From assembly GCA_963755915.1 (NCBI GenBank), contig CAVWLP010000002.1:4896001-4960000 (forward strand): 64,000 nucleotides of DNA, written 5' to 3'. The translations under genes and the position numbers were made by a program. Position 1 is the stretch's first letter. Each line of letters opens with the position of its first letter. Source of the DNA: an uncultured Phycisphaerales bacterium (lineage in GTDB: Bacteria > Planctomycetota > Phycisphaerae > Tepidisphaerales > Tepidisphaeraceae). The notes below the pieces were generated by a model. That model searched no databases, had not been told where the DNA came from, and worked only from the letters and a program-made list of their open reading frames with translations. This document shows positions 1-8,802 of the stretch, one piece after another.

Positions 1-1
1 G

Positions 2-2317
2 GTTGAGGCGCCGGATGGGACGATCTACGCGGGCACCGGGCCGCGGGCGATGCTGCTGGCGGTGAAGGATGACAAGGTCAGCACCGTGGCAACGCTGGAC
101 AATGCGGTAAATATTCTGTCGCTGATGGTGGATTCGAACGGCGCGATCCTGCTGGGGACGGGCGGTGAAAAAGGGCGAGTGCTGCGGATTGACAAGCCGG
201 GCGATAAGCCGGTTGAGATCTTCGCGGAAGACAACGTGCAATATATCTGGGCGCTGCGTCAGACGGTCGACGGCAATATTTATGCGGCGACCGGTCCGAA
301 CGGGCAGGTGTTTGAGATTAAGCCGGACGGCTCGCACAAGGAGCTTTACAAGAGCTCTGAAGACAACATCACCAGCATGATAAGCGATGGGAAAGACGTT
401 CTGTATCTGGGGACGGATCCGGATGGGCTGGTGATCCGGCTGAACCGCAAGACCAAAGAAGCGTTCATCATGTACAACGCCAGCGAGGCGGAGATCACGG
501 CGCTGGCGCTGGATTCATCGGGAAATTTGTATGCCGCGACGGGGGAAGAGACGGACCATCAGACGGCGGAGACACCGCCGGCGGACGAGAAGACGGCGGG
601 TAAGCCGGAGGATTCGGGGGCGTCATCGACGCCGATCCCTCCGGGTCCGACGCCCAATCCGCCGCAGCCGGCGCCGGTTCCGAATCCGAATCCGGGGCAG
701 CCTGCCCCGCTGCCGAAGGGGCAATCGATGGCGGTTCCAGCGGCAAGCTTGCCGAAGATGATGGACGTGATCGCCCGGGCCGGGAATGACGATCCGGGCG
801 GGGGTGGGGGTGATGATCCGGGGGGCGGAGGGGGCGGTGATGATCCAGGGGGCGGCGGTGGCGGAAATTCGCCAGCCCAACCACCCGGGCCCGGACAGAA
901 CCCGGCGGCCCCGCAGCCCGCGCAGACGCGACAGGTGGCCAATCAAAATCAGCCGCAGAATCAGCAGGAACAGCAGTCTTCCGGGCCCGAAGGCAACGCG
1001 ATCTATAAGATCGATGCCGAGGGGTTCGTCACGGAAATCTTCCGTGAAGACGTGGTGATTTACTCGATGATTCTGCAGAACAACGTTCTGCTGGTGGGGA
1101 CCGGCGACGATGGGAATATCTACCAGGTCAATCCCACCGCCGAGGAGACCGCGGTTCTGGCCAAGGTGGATGCGAAGCAGGTGATGTGCCTTTTGCCGGC
1201 GAAGGATGGCAGGATTTTTATGGGGCTGGCGAACACCGGAGGAATTGCGGCGATGACCGGTGGGTATGCCCCGGCGGGAACTTATCTGAGCCCCGTGCTC
1301 GATGCGACTCAGGTGAGCCGATTCGGTAAGATGCAGCTTCATGGCGAATTGCCGGACGGCGCGCGGTTGCAGGTGGCGACGCGGAGCGGAAATGTGAAGG
1401 ATGCGGATTCGCCGGGGTGGTCGGATTGGTCGCCGGATGTCGATGCGGCGGAATTTCTGCCGGTCGCGTCGCCATCGGCGCGGTTTCTGCAATATCGATT
1501 GACGTTCAGCACGACGGATCCATCGCGGTCGGCGGTGGTCGATCGGGTGGATGTGGCGTATCAGATTCCGAACATGGCGCCGGTGGTGAAGTCGATCCGG
1601 ATTGGTGGAATAGATGCCTCGCAGGAAAACAGCCAGAATGCACCGGCCGCGGGAGACAACTCGCAGGCTGACAACAGCCAGCCGGATACCTCCGCCAGCA
1701 ATTCCGCGGGCGGCGGGCACCCGGACACGGGCAAGCCGAGCGGCGGGACGGGGGCGCAGACCATTACCTGGGATGCGTCTGATCCCAACGGGGATTCTCT
1801 GGTGTACACGCTCTATTTCCGGCGCGGGCCGCATGCCCCCTGGATTTTGCTGAAGGACCGGCTCACGCAACTCACTTACGAATGGGACACGCGCACCGTC
1901 GCCGACGGCGAATACCAGGTGAAGGTGGTGGCTTCGGATGCGCTGGCCAATGCTCCGGGCGAAGGAAAGACGACGAGCCGAGTCAGTGATCCGTTTGTGG
2001 TCGATAATACGCCTCCGACGATCGCCGACGTGGACTGGAAGGTCGCGGGAGGGGCAGCGACGATTTCGCTGCGGGTCGAGGACCAGATCAGTACGATCGC
2101 TTCGGTGGAATATGCCCTGGATTCCAACGATGAATGGCAGACGGTTTTGCCAGTGAGCGGGATCTTCGACAGCCTGGATGAGCAGGTGAAATTTTCGGTG
2201 ACGGGCTTGACGGCGGGCGAGCATCAGGTGACGATCCGCGCGACGAACACGCGTGGCACCCAGGCGCTGCATACGATCGTGATCAAAGTGGAGTCGGCGA
2301 CGGCGGGAACGCAATAG
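2..2317 (+). CDS. Large exported beta-propeller protein with Pro/Gly/Gln-rich linker and C-terminal Ig/FN3-like domains; 5' end lies outside the window
   Basis: Frame is open from base 2 (VEAPDGTIYAGTG...). Repeated 'DG.(I/L)Y.(G/A)TG..G' blade motifs; low-complexity middle; 'WDASDPNGDSLVYTLY...DGEYQVKVVASD' beta-sandwich. Confidence 0.75.
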   Translation, partial: VEAPDGTIYAGTGPRAMLLAVKDDKVSTVATLDNAVNILSLMVDSNGAILLGTGGEKGRVLRIDKPGDKPVEIFAEDNVQYIWALRQTVDGNIYAATGPNGQVFEIKPDGSHKELYKSSEDNITSMISDGKDVLYLGTDPDGLVIRLNRKTKEAFIMYNASEAEITALALDSSGNLYAATGEETDHQTAETPPADEKTAGKPEDSGASSTPIPPGPTPNPPQPAPVPNPNPGQPAPLPKGQSMAVPAASLPKMMDVIARAGNDDPGGGGGDDPGGGGGGDDPGGGGGGNSPAQPPGPGQNPAAPQPAQTRQVANQNQPQNQQEQQSSGPEGNAIYKIDAEGFVTEIFREDVVIYSMILQNNVLLVGTGDDGNIYQVNPTAEETAVLAKVDAKQVMCLLPAKDGRIFMGLANTGGIAAMTGGYAPAGTYLSPVLDATQVSRFGKMQLHGELPDGARLQVATRSGNVKDADSPGWSDWSPDVDAAEFLPVASPSARFLQYRLTFSTTDPSRSAVVDRVDVAYQIPNMAPVVKSIRIGGIDASQENSQNAPAAGDNSQADNSQPDTSASNSAGGGHPDTGKPSGGTGAQTITWDASDPNGDSLVYTLYFRRGPHAPWILLKDRLTQLTYEWDTRTVADGEYQVKVVASDALANAPGEGKTTSRVSDPFVVDNTPPTIADVDWKVAGGAATISLRVEDQISTIASVEYALDSNDEWQTVLPVSGIFDSLDEQVKFSVTGLTAGEHQVTIRATNTRGTQALHTIVIKVESATAGTQ
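786..866 (+). repeat. Coding tandem repeat, about 3 x 24 nt, encoding (DDPGGGGG)3
   Basis: gatgatccgggcgggggtgggggt-like unit repeated three times within the first ORF. Confidence 0.85.
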
Positions 2318-2347
2318 CCCTTTTTAAGACTTAGGAACAAACCAGCC

Positions 2348-2482
2348 ATGCACTATCCGCACAAGACCAGCAACATCAAGCGGGCCCGCAACATCGGATT
2401 CCGGGCGAGGATGAAGACGAAAAAGGGGCGGCAGATGATCAACCGCAAGCGCCGGGCGGGCCGGCGGGTACAAGTCGTCTAA
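2348..2482 (+). CDS. rpmH: 50S ribosomal protein L34 (44 aa)
   Basis: Manual translation gives MHYPHKTSNIKRARNIGFRARMKTKKGRQMINRKRRAGRRVQVV, with the L34 signature GFRARM.T..G...I..RR..GR. Below the ORF track's size cut-off. Confidence 0.95.
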   Translation: MHYPHKTSNIKRARNIGFRARMKTKKGRQMINRKRRAGRRVQVV

Positions 2483-2509
2483 GCGGTTCGATTGATTTGG
2501 ACGCCATTT

Positions 2510-2558
2510 TTGCTTTCGCAAACCGGGCGGGTTATCCTGTTTTCAGTACTTACTGAAA
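2510..2558 (+). promoter_or_regulatory. Sigma70-type promoter (TTGCTT-17-TATCCT) followed by a palindromic operator TTTCAGTA-CT-TACTGAAA
   Basis: Perfect 8-bp inverted repeat at 2541-2558, immediately after the -10 box (2533-2538) and 12 nt before the GbsR-family gene. Confidence 0.7.
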
Positions 2559-2570
2559 CTGGAGGAACCT

Positions 2571-3170
2571 GTGACCACGGCCCTCGAACCTCCCCAAAAA
2601 GACTCTTCCCGCCAATCCCTCTCTCCGGAAGCTCAGCGGCAGCTCCAGGCGGCGCAGGATCTGTTCATCCGCCGCTGGGGGGAAATGGGGGCGACCTGGG
2701 GTATCAACCGGACGATGGCGGAAATCCACGCCCTGCTCTACGTCGTGGGCGATCCACTGTGCACGGACGACGTGATGGAGCGGCTGAACATCAGCCGGGG
2801 GAACGCCAGCATGTCGCTGCGGTCGCTGTGCGACTGGGGGATCGTCCGCCGGCTGCACAAGCGCGGGCACCGGCGGGAATATTTTGAGAGCCTGTCGGAT
2901 GTGTGGGATCTGTTCAGCCTGATCGCGGCCGAAAGAAAACGCCGGGAGATGGACCCGGTTCTGGAGACGATCAGGCAGTGCCGGAACATGCTTGATGAGC
3001 AGTCGCTGGGGAAAAGCGCAGCGCGGTGCGAGGCGGTTCAACTGACCCGGCAGCGGCTGGCGGGGATGGAAGAGTTTATGGAAGTGACCAACAAGGTGTT
3101 TCAGCAGTTTGTGGGAAACGCGCGGGCGGGGTTGAACCGGGTGGTGAGGGTTTTGTTGAAGGCGTTTTAA
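2571..3170 (+). CDS. GbsR/MarR-family transcriptional regulator
   Basis: FIRRWGEMGATWGINRTMAEIHALL...LNISRGNASMSLRSLCDWGIV...RREYFE is the GbsR-type wHTH pattern. Confidence 0.88.
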   Translation: MTTALEPPQKDSSRQSLSPEAQRQLQAAQDLFIRRWGEMGATWGINRTMAEIHALLYVVGDPLCTDDVMERLNISRGNASMSLRSLCDWGIVRRLHKRGHRREYFESLSDVWDLFSLIAAERKRREMDPVLETIRQCRNMLDEQSLGKSAARCEAVQLTRQRLAGMEEFMEVTNKVFQQFVGNARAGLNRVVRVLLKAF

Positions 3171-3172
3171 AA

Positions 3173-3200
3173 GCGCTCCCCTGCGGGTCGCGGCTAAACG
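3173..3200. repeat. REP-like intergenic repeat, copy 1 (copy 2 at 7349-7377)
   Basis: gcgctcccctgcgggtcgcggctaaacg versus gcgcacccctgcggggttgcggctaaacg; both lie at gene 3' ends. Confidence 0.7.
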
Positions 3201-3209
3201 CGGAGATTG

Positions 3210-4773
3210 TCACCTCGCATATTCCACCGAGCGCACCTCGCGGATGAGCGTTACCTTGATCTCGCCGGGATAATTCAGCTCGTGCTCGATCTTCTTGGCG
3301 ATGTCGCGGGCGATTTTGGCGCTGATGCGGTCGTCGACCAGCTTGGCGTCGACGATCACGCGAACCTCGCGGCCGGCCTGGATGGCGTAGGCCTGGCGTA
3401 CGCCTTCGAAAGTCATGGCCAGGTCTTCCAGCTCCTGGAGGCGCTTGACGTAGCGCTCGAGGCTTTCGCGGCGGGCGCCGGGGCGGCTGGCGCTGATGGC
3501 GTCGGCGGCCATGATGATCGGCGGTGTAGGGCGTGGTCGGCGGGAACGTCGCCGTGATGGGCTTCGGCGGCGTTGAGAACCGCCTCGGGCTCGTCGAATC
3601 GGCGTAGAAATTCCTTGCCTAGCTGGGGGTGGCCGCCTTCCTGCTCGTGGTCCATGGCTTTGCCGATGTCGTGGAGCAGGCCGGCGCGGCGGGCGAGGTT
3701 GCCGTCGAGGCCGAGCTCGTCGGCGATCACCTGGGAAAGATAGGCGACTTCCAGCGAATGCTTCAGCACGTTCTGGCCGTAGCTGGTGCGGAAGGCCAGG
3801 CGTCCGAGCATGGGGATGATCGGGCTTGGCGACCTGGAGGTTGGCCTCCTGGGCGGCTTCTTTGCCCGAGGCGGATCAGCTCTTCGTCCATCTCCTTGCT
3901 GGTCGCGGTGACGACCTCTTCGATGCGTGCGGGATGGATTCGGCCGTCCTGAACGAGGCGGTCGAGGGAAATGCGGGCGATTTCGCGGCGAACGGGGTCG
4001 AAGCAGCTGACGACGACGACGCCGGGCGTGTCGTCGATGATGACATCCACGCCGGTCGCTTTCTCGAAGCTGCGGATGTTGCGGCCCTCGCGGCCGATGA
4101 CGCGGCCTTTCATGTCGTCGGTGGGGATGGTCACCGTGCTGACGGTGTGATCGGCCGTCTGTTCGGCGGCGTAGCGCTGGATGGCCTGAAGGATGATCTG
4201 CCGGCTCTTTTCCTTGGCTTCGTCCTGGGTCTGCTCGGTAATTCGCTGGATGATGGCGCCTGCTTCGAGCTTGCAATCGTCCTCGATGCGCTTGAGGAGC
4301 ATTTCCTTGGCCTGCTCGGGAGACATGCTGGTGAGCTGCAGTAGCCGGTCGCGCTGCTCGCGCAGAATTCTGGCAAGCTCTTCTTCCTTGCCGGCCAGGG
4401 ATTTTTCGCGCTGGGCAATGCTTCGCGTCCTGATCGTCGAGGTGTTTTTCCTTGACGGAAAGCGTGTCGAGCTTGCGATCGAGGGTGTCTTCGCGCTTGG
4501 CGAGGCGGGCTTCGAGCGACTTGAGCTCGTTGCGGTCTTTTTCGGTTTCCCGCTCGAATTGCTCTTTGCGCTTGAGTTGTTCCTGCGCGCGGCCAGTTCG
4601 ATTTCCTTGGCCTTGTTCTGGGCCTCGGATTGGGCGTTGTTGCGAAGCTGTTCGGCTTCGAACTTGCTGCGGTTGATGGCGCTATTGGCCATCATTTTCA
4701 TCGCGACGGCGGTACAGGCCACGCCGACGACCAGGCCGATCAGGAGATACAAAATGATTTCCATGAATCCCAC
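3210..4773 (-). CDS. rny: Ribonuclease Y, broken by several indels (probably assembly errors); start at 4773 (GTG) or 4764 (ATG)
   Basis: N-terminal TM, coiled coil, KH domain ([30 protein letters not shown]), HD domain ([12 protein letters not shown]...[10 protein letters not shown]) and C-terminus ([14 protein letters not shown]...[11 protein letters not shown]...YPGEIKVT) are spread over three ORFs. Confidence 0.95.
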
Positions 4774-4848
4774 CCGAGTTGGTTAACTCGCAATGCGGAT
4801 ATAAACGAAATACCCCTGATTAGACGGGTGGGTGTTGAGCAGCGCGTT

Positions 4849-5106
4849 TCAACAGCAGTCTGAAGCGCGTGCCTGGCATTGCCCAATGAAAGTCACTGTG
4901 GGAGGTGCTCGCGAAGGGAGGATGATCCACCGGCGGGTATTGGACCGGACGGGGGAGTTTAGATCGAGCCGCACTGCAAGCTGGGCCGGCAAAAGTTGCC
5001 GGCGCCAGAGCTCCGCCAGGCGATGGGAGAGCGCGAGCAGCAGCCCGAGCAGGCCCAAAGCCATGAGAACTGTCTTCGTGAGTATTCCCAAAATGAGGAC
5101 GTTCAT
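4849..5106 (-). CDS. Putative 85-aa leader peptide of rny: N-terminal TM segment plus RAPP motif (candidate ribosome-arrest peptide)
   Basis: MNVLILGILTKTVLMALGLLGLLLALSHRL...WIILPSRAPPTVTF...; RAPP is codons 66-69 (4900-4911). Lies between a promoter and rny on the same strand. Confidence 0.6.
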   Translation of the reverse strand: MNVLILGILTKTVLMALGLLGLLLALSHRLAELWRRQLLPAQLAVRLDLNSPVRSNTRRWIILPSRAPPTVTFIGQCQARASDCC

Positions 5107-5223
5107 TTCGAACCGTCGAATCAAGGAACTGTGGGGCGAGGGTCTATCCGCTCCTGACCACCGCCCTTTCGGATGCACACCGGAATCAAAAAAGACCGAA
5201 TGCGATCCAAATCTACTGCTCAT

Positions 5224-5251
5224 ATTTTACGCACATGGCGTTAAGTTTCAA
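5224..5251 (-). promoter_or_regulatory. Sigma70-type promoter for leader-rny (TTGAAA-16-TAAAAT)
   Basis: Minus strand reads ttgaaa cttaacgccatgtgcg taaaat. Confidence 0.65.
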
Positions 5252-5265
5252 GATGGATAAATGGG

Positions 5266-5877
5266 CTAGGAATGGTGGGAATGTGGACGACCGGGCACAA
5301 CGGGAGGGGGTAGAGAGGCGGCGGCAAGACGATCCAGGCCGGAAATTACCTCTGGGTTGCGGGTTGTCCACCAGAGCTGATGGTGGTGGTGGATTGTGCA
5401 AACGGTTTTTTGTGCGGGGAATGCGAGGGAGAAGTCGCTGGCGGTGAGGTTTTGCAATAGGCTGCGGAGGGTGATTTCGAAGGTGGGCTGCTCCGATGGG
5501 GTGAATTCGACGGCGGCGGCGCTGGTTAAACCAATCAGGGACTGCGGATCAATGCTGATCTCGTGCAGGAGTTGCGGCATCCAGGTTCGGCTTCCGTAGT
5601 TCAATTCGAAGGACCAGTGACTGCCGGGCATTATCCAGGCGATGCCGGGCAAGAGCTGAAGCCATGCCTGGGTCGCGAATTTGGATTGGTCGGCGGAAGT
5701 AACGATCCGGAGATTGTCGCGCATCTGGGGCTTGATTGTGGGATCGTCAGATTCAGTCCATCCTCTAATGATCCCTCCGGACGGGAAGCCGAACGCCCCG
5801 CCGTTAAAGTAGTGGCATTCGAGTCCGTCGGCGGTTAATTGGGCCAGGACCTGGGAATAGTCGATCACCCGGGGCAT
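5266..5877 (-). CDS. Hypothetical protein
   Basis: Protein-like ORF from MPRVIDYSQV, directly downstream of argH; ends near ...VCTIHHHHQLWW. Confidence 0.7.
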   Translation of the reverse strand: MPRVIDYSQVLAQLTADGLECHYFNGGAFGFPSGGIIRGWTESDDPTIKPQMRDNLRIVTSADQSKFATQAWLQLLPGIAWIMPGSHWSFELNYGSRTWMPQLLHEISIDPQSLIGLTSAAAVEFTPSEQPTFEITLRSLLQNLTASDFSLAFPAQKTVCTIHHHHQLWWTTRNPEVISGLDRLAAASLPPPVVPGRPHSHHS

Positions 5878-5893
5878 GAATTGCCTTTTTTCG

Positions 5894-7309
5894 TCAGTCG
5901 ATTTTGAGGCGTTTTTTCCAATTGGCCAGTTGGTCTTGGAAGGGTTTTCCACCCGCGGCGCCGGCGCTGCGGTAGCGGTTTACGACGTTTTTTGCGCCTA
6001 GGGAGTCGTAGACATCTTGGTCGGGGCCCACGGATTGCCATCCGTGGGCTTTCAGGGCTTCGTGGAAATCTTCGAGTTTTAGTTGGGCGAGGGCGGTTTT
6101 TCCTTCTTTTTCGCATTTGGCGACCAGGGTGCCTACCACGTGATGGGCGGTGCGGAAGGGGACGCCTTTGGTTACGAAATATTCCGCTAAGCTCGTGGCG
6201 TCGAGGAATCCGCGCTCGAGGGTGGGCTCGATGTTTTCCTTGATGAAATTCGCGGAGTTTACGATTGCGGCGGCCATGGTTAGGCAACTGGTCACGGTGT
6301 CGTAGGCGCGGAAGACGATGCGTTTGTCTTCCTGGAGGTCGCGGTTGTAGCCGATGGGGAGGCCCTTGAGGATGGTCATGAGGGCGAAGAGATCGCCATA
6401 GACGTTTCCGCAGCGGCCGCGGATGAGCTCGAGCATGTCGGGGTTGCGCTTCTGGGGCATCATACTGCTACTGGTGGTGTACTTGTCCGCGATTTTGATG
6501 AAGGAGAATTCGGTGGTCATGTAGATGATCCACTGCTCGGCCCAGCGGGAGAGGTGCATGGAGATGATGGCGAGGTGAAAGACGAATTCGATGGCCAGAT
6601 CGCGCTTGGCGGTCTGTTCGATGCTGCTTGGGGTTACGGCGCCGAAGCCCAGGAGGGAACGCGTCGCTTCGAGATCGAGCGGGAGGGAAGTGCCGGCGAT
6701 TGCGCCGGAGCCGAGGGGATTTTCCATCTCCTTCAGTCGGAATCGGCCCATGCGGTTGAAGTTTTCCGAAAGCATCGAGCACCAGGCGAGGGCCTCGGCG
6801 CCGGCGACGATCGGCTGGGCGCGCTGGAGATGCGTATAGGACGGCATCACAACATCACGGCTTCGGTCGGCCAAAGCGATGAAGGCGCAGCAGAGGGATT
6901 CCAAGGCGGTATCGATTTTGCCACTCGCTTCATCGAGCCAGAGCAGCAGGTCGGTCGCGACCTGATCGTTGCGGCTCCGGGCTGTGTGGAGCTTTTTTCC
7001 GGGTTCGCCGATACGCTCGATCAGCGCGGCTTCGACGACCATGTGGATGTCTTCGAGGCTTTCGTCGAATTTGAATTTGTTGGATTCGATTTCTTTTTCG
7101 ATTTCTTTCAGGCCGGAGATGATGGCGTCGCGTTCGGGGTCGGTGATGAGGTTGACCTTGGCGAGCATTGTGGCGTGGGCGATGCTGCCGGCGATGTCGT
7201 GCTTGTAGAGGCGGCGATCGTAGGTGATGGATTCGACGAAGGACTGGCCGAGGGCGTCGGTGGCTTCGCCGATGCGGGCTTGCCAGGATTTTTCTTTTGC
7301 CATGGGCAT
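5894..7309 (-). CDS. argH: Argininosuccinate lyase
   Basis: EDIHM, KLHTARSRNDQVATD, YTHLQRAQP, SSMMPQKRNPD and YNRDLQEDK motifs. Confidence 0.97.
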   Translation of the reverse strand: MPMAKEKSWQARIGEATDALGQSFVESITYDRRLYKHDIAGSIAHATMLAKVNLITDPERDAIISGLKEIEKEIESNKFKFDESLEDIHMVVEAALIERIGEPGKKLHTARSRNDQVATDLLLWLDEASGKIDTALESLCCAFIALADRSRDVVMPSYTHLQRAQPIVAGAEALAWCSMLSENFNRMGRFRLKEMENPLGSGAIAGTSLPLDLEATRSLLGFGAVTPSSIEQTAKRDLAIEFVFHLAIISMHLSRWAEQWIIYMTTEFSFIKIADKYTTSSSMMPQKRNPDMLELIRGRCGNVYGDLFALMTILKGLPIGYNRDLQEDKRIVFRAYDTVTSCLTMAAAIVNSANFIKENIEPTLERGFLDATSLAEYFVTKGVPFRTAHHVVGTLVAKCEKEGKTALAQLKLEDFHEALKAHGWQSVGPDQDVYDSLGAKNVVNRYRSAGAAGGKPFQDQLANWKKRLKID

Positions 7310-7348
7310 CGATTCTAACCGTAAATTGTAAATAGGGGACGGGGGGAC

Positions 7349-7377
7349 GCGCACCCCTGCGGGGTTGCGGCTAAACG
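7349..7377. repeat. REP-like repeat, copy 2
   Basis: Near-identical to 3173-3200. Confidence 0.65.
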
Positions 7378-7811
7378 GGGAGGTGGAAGATCATTTTGTA
7401 GTGCGGGCCGGCGGTGGGGATGTCGAATTCTTCGGAAGCGATTTTCCAGCCGTGCTTTTCGTAGAACGGGGCGGCGGGTTTGCGGGCGTTGGCCCAGATG
7501 AGGGGGACGCCTCTTTCTTGCGCGATTCGGTGAACGTCTGCGAGCAATTTGCTCCCCAGACCAAAACGCTGATGGGCTGGATCGATGGCCATTCCGCGAA
7601 GCTGGCAGGCGGGGTGGCCGTTCCATTCGTTCAATAGGATCGTGGCGCAGCCGACGACCTGGTTTTGAATTTTCGCGGCGAGGTGGACGGTTGTTGTTTT
7701 GTCGTCGCCGGGAAAATAGGCGTCGGATCTGGGGAGGCCGGTGCGCAGGACTGCGTGGCGGAGATCGATGATCTGCTCGACATCGACGCGGGTTATCTCG
7801 ATTATTTCCAT
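7371..7811 (-). CDS. GNAT acetyltransferase (YitI/ElaA-like)
   Basis: LRHAVLR...QLRGMAIDPAHQRFGLGSKLL...WANARKPAAPFYEKHGW...GPHYKM. Confidence 0.9.
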   Translation of the reverse strand: MEIIEITRVDVEQIIDLRHAVLRTGLPRSDAYFPGDDKTTTVHLAAKIQNQVVGCATILLNEWNGHPACQLRGMAIDPAHQRFGLGSKLLADVHRIAQERGVPLIWANARKPAAPFYEKHGWKIASEEFDIPTAGPHYKMIFHLPV

Positions 7812-8728
7812 GCCTGGGGATGATGCTCCGGCACCATTGGCAAATCGGCGGCGGCGGCGTTGGAGCGGGTTTGCTTTTCGTCTTTGCAGCCGGGGATGAC
7901 GGTGGTGACGGCCTGATGCTGGAGGCACCAGGCGAGGGCCCATTGGGCCATTTCTACGCCGGGGGGGACTTCGCTGCGGGCGATTTCCTGAACTTCGTGG
8001 AGGCGCTTTTCGACGGTGGCCCTGTCCTGGCCGGTGCGAACGTCGTTGGCGGCGAACTTGACGCCTGGCTTGTATTTTCCGCTCAGGAATCCGCTGGCGA
8101 GGGGGACGCGGGCGAGGACGCCGAGGTTTTGGGTTTGACAGCTATTGAACACGGCCTCTTCGGGGGTGCGATCGAGGCGGTTGTAGATGACCTGGATGGC
8201 TTCGACTTTTCGGCGGGTGGAGGCTTCTACCTGGTCGATATTTTTTTGGGTCAGGCCGGAGATTGAATTGCCGAGGTGGCGGACTTTTCCGGACTTGTGC
8301 AGCTTTTCCAGGGCTGCGGATAACTCATCGTTATCGAATTCGCTGAATCGGATGCTGTGATACTGGAGGAGATCGATCCAGTCGGTCTCGAGCGCCTTCA
8401 GGGAATCTTCGACCTGGACGATCATGTCGGCGGCGGTGCGTTCGTCGGTGCGGTTCATGTGGGAATGGAATTTGTGGCCGAATTTGGTGGCCACGATCCA
8501 TTTTTCGCGGTCGCGGCGGATGGCGGCGCCGACGAAGCGTTCGGAAAGATGGTCGCCGTAGCATTCGGCGGTGTCGATGAGGTTAATGCCGGTTTCGCGG
8601 GCGGCGTTGAAGATTCGATCGACCTCGAGTTGGGTGAAATCCTTTCCCCATTCACCGCCGAATTGCCAGGTGCCGATGCCGATGACGGAGACGCGGAGAT
8701 CGGTTTTTCCGAGGCGGCGGTATTTCAT
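7802..8728 (-). CDS. Aldo/keto reductase
   Basis: YRRLGKTDLRVSVIGIGTWQFGG, IDTAECYG, ATKFG, SLKALETDWIDLLQYH, PLASGFLSGKY. Confidence 0.93.
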   Translation of the reverse strand: MKYRRLGKTDLRVSVIGIGTWQFGGEWGKDFTQLEVDRIFNAARETGINLIDTAECYGDHLSERFVGAAIRRDREKWIVATKFGHKFHSHMNRTDERTAADMIVQVEDSLKALETDWIDLLQYHSIRFSEFDNDELSAALEKLHKSGKVRHLGNSISGLTQKNIDQVEASTRRKVEAIQVIYNRLDRTPEEAVFNSCQTQNLGVLARVPLASGFLSGKYKPGVKFAANDVRTGQDRATVEKRLHEVQEIARSEVPPGVEMAQWALAWCLQHQAVTTVIPGCKDEKQTRSNAAAADLPMVPEHHPQAWK

Positions 8729-8775
8729 GGGGGTATTGTCGGGCGCGGGCACGGGAATTCAAACGGGGATGAACA

Positions 8776-8802
8776 TTCCCCAGTTTTCCCCAAAATTCCC
8801 CA
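8776..8802 (-). repeat. Three TGGGGAA direct repeats with exact 10-nt period
   Basis: ttcccca at 8776, 8786 and 8796 in the divergent AKR/GH51 intergenic region. Confidence 0.75.

Noticed and set aside
623-2314. Long antisense or alternate-frame ORFs (e.g. 623-2314, 9651-10970, 12821-14308, 44830-46077, 54063-55226, and the 5' extension of 56259-57761)
   Set aside because: Shadow ORFs expected from high-GC codon bias over well-supported genes; Arg/Pro-rich with no family motifs.
3210-4773. Programmed frameshifting or pseudogenisation of rny, murC, hemB and recQ
   Set aside because: No consistent slippery-site or stimulator pattern, and too many unrelated essential genes are affected; assembly error is more parsimonious.
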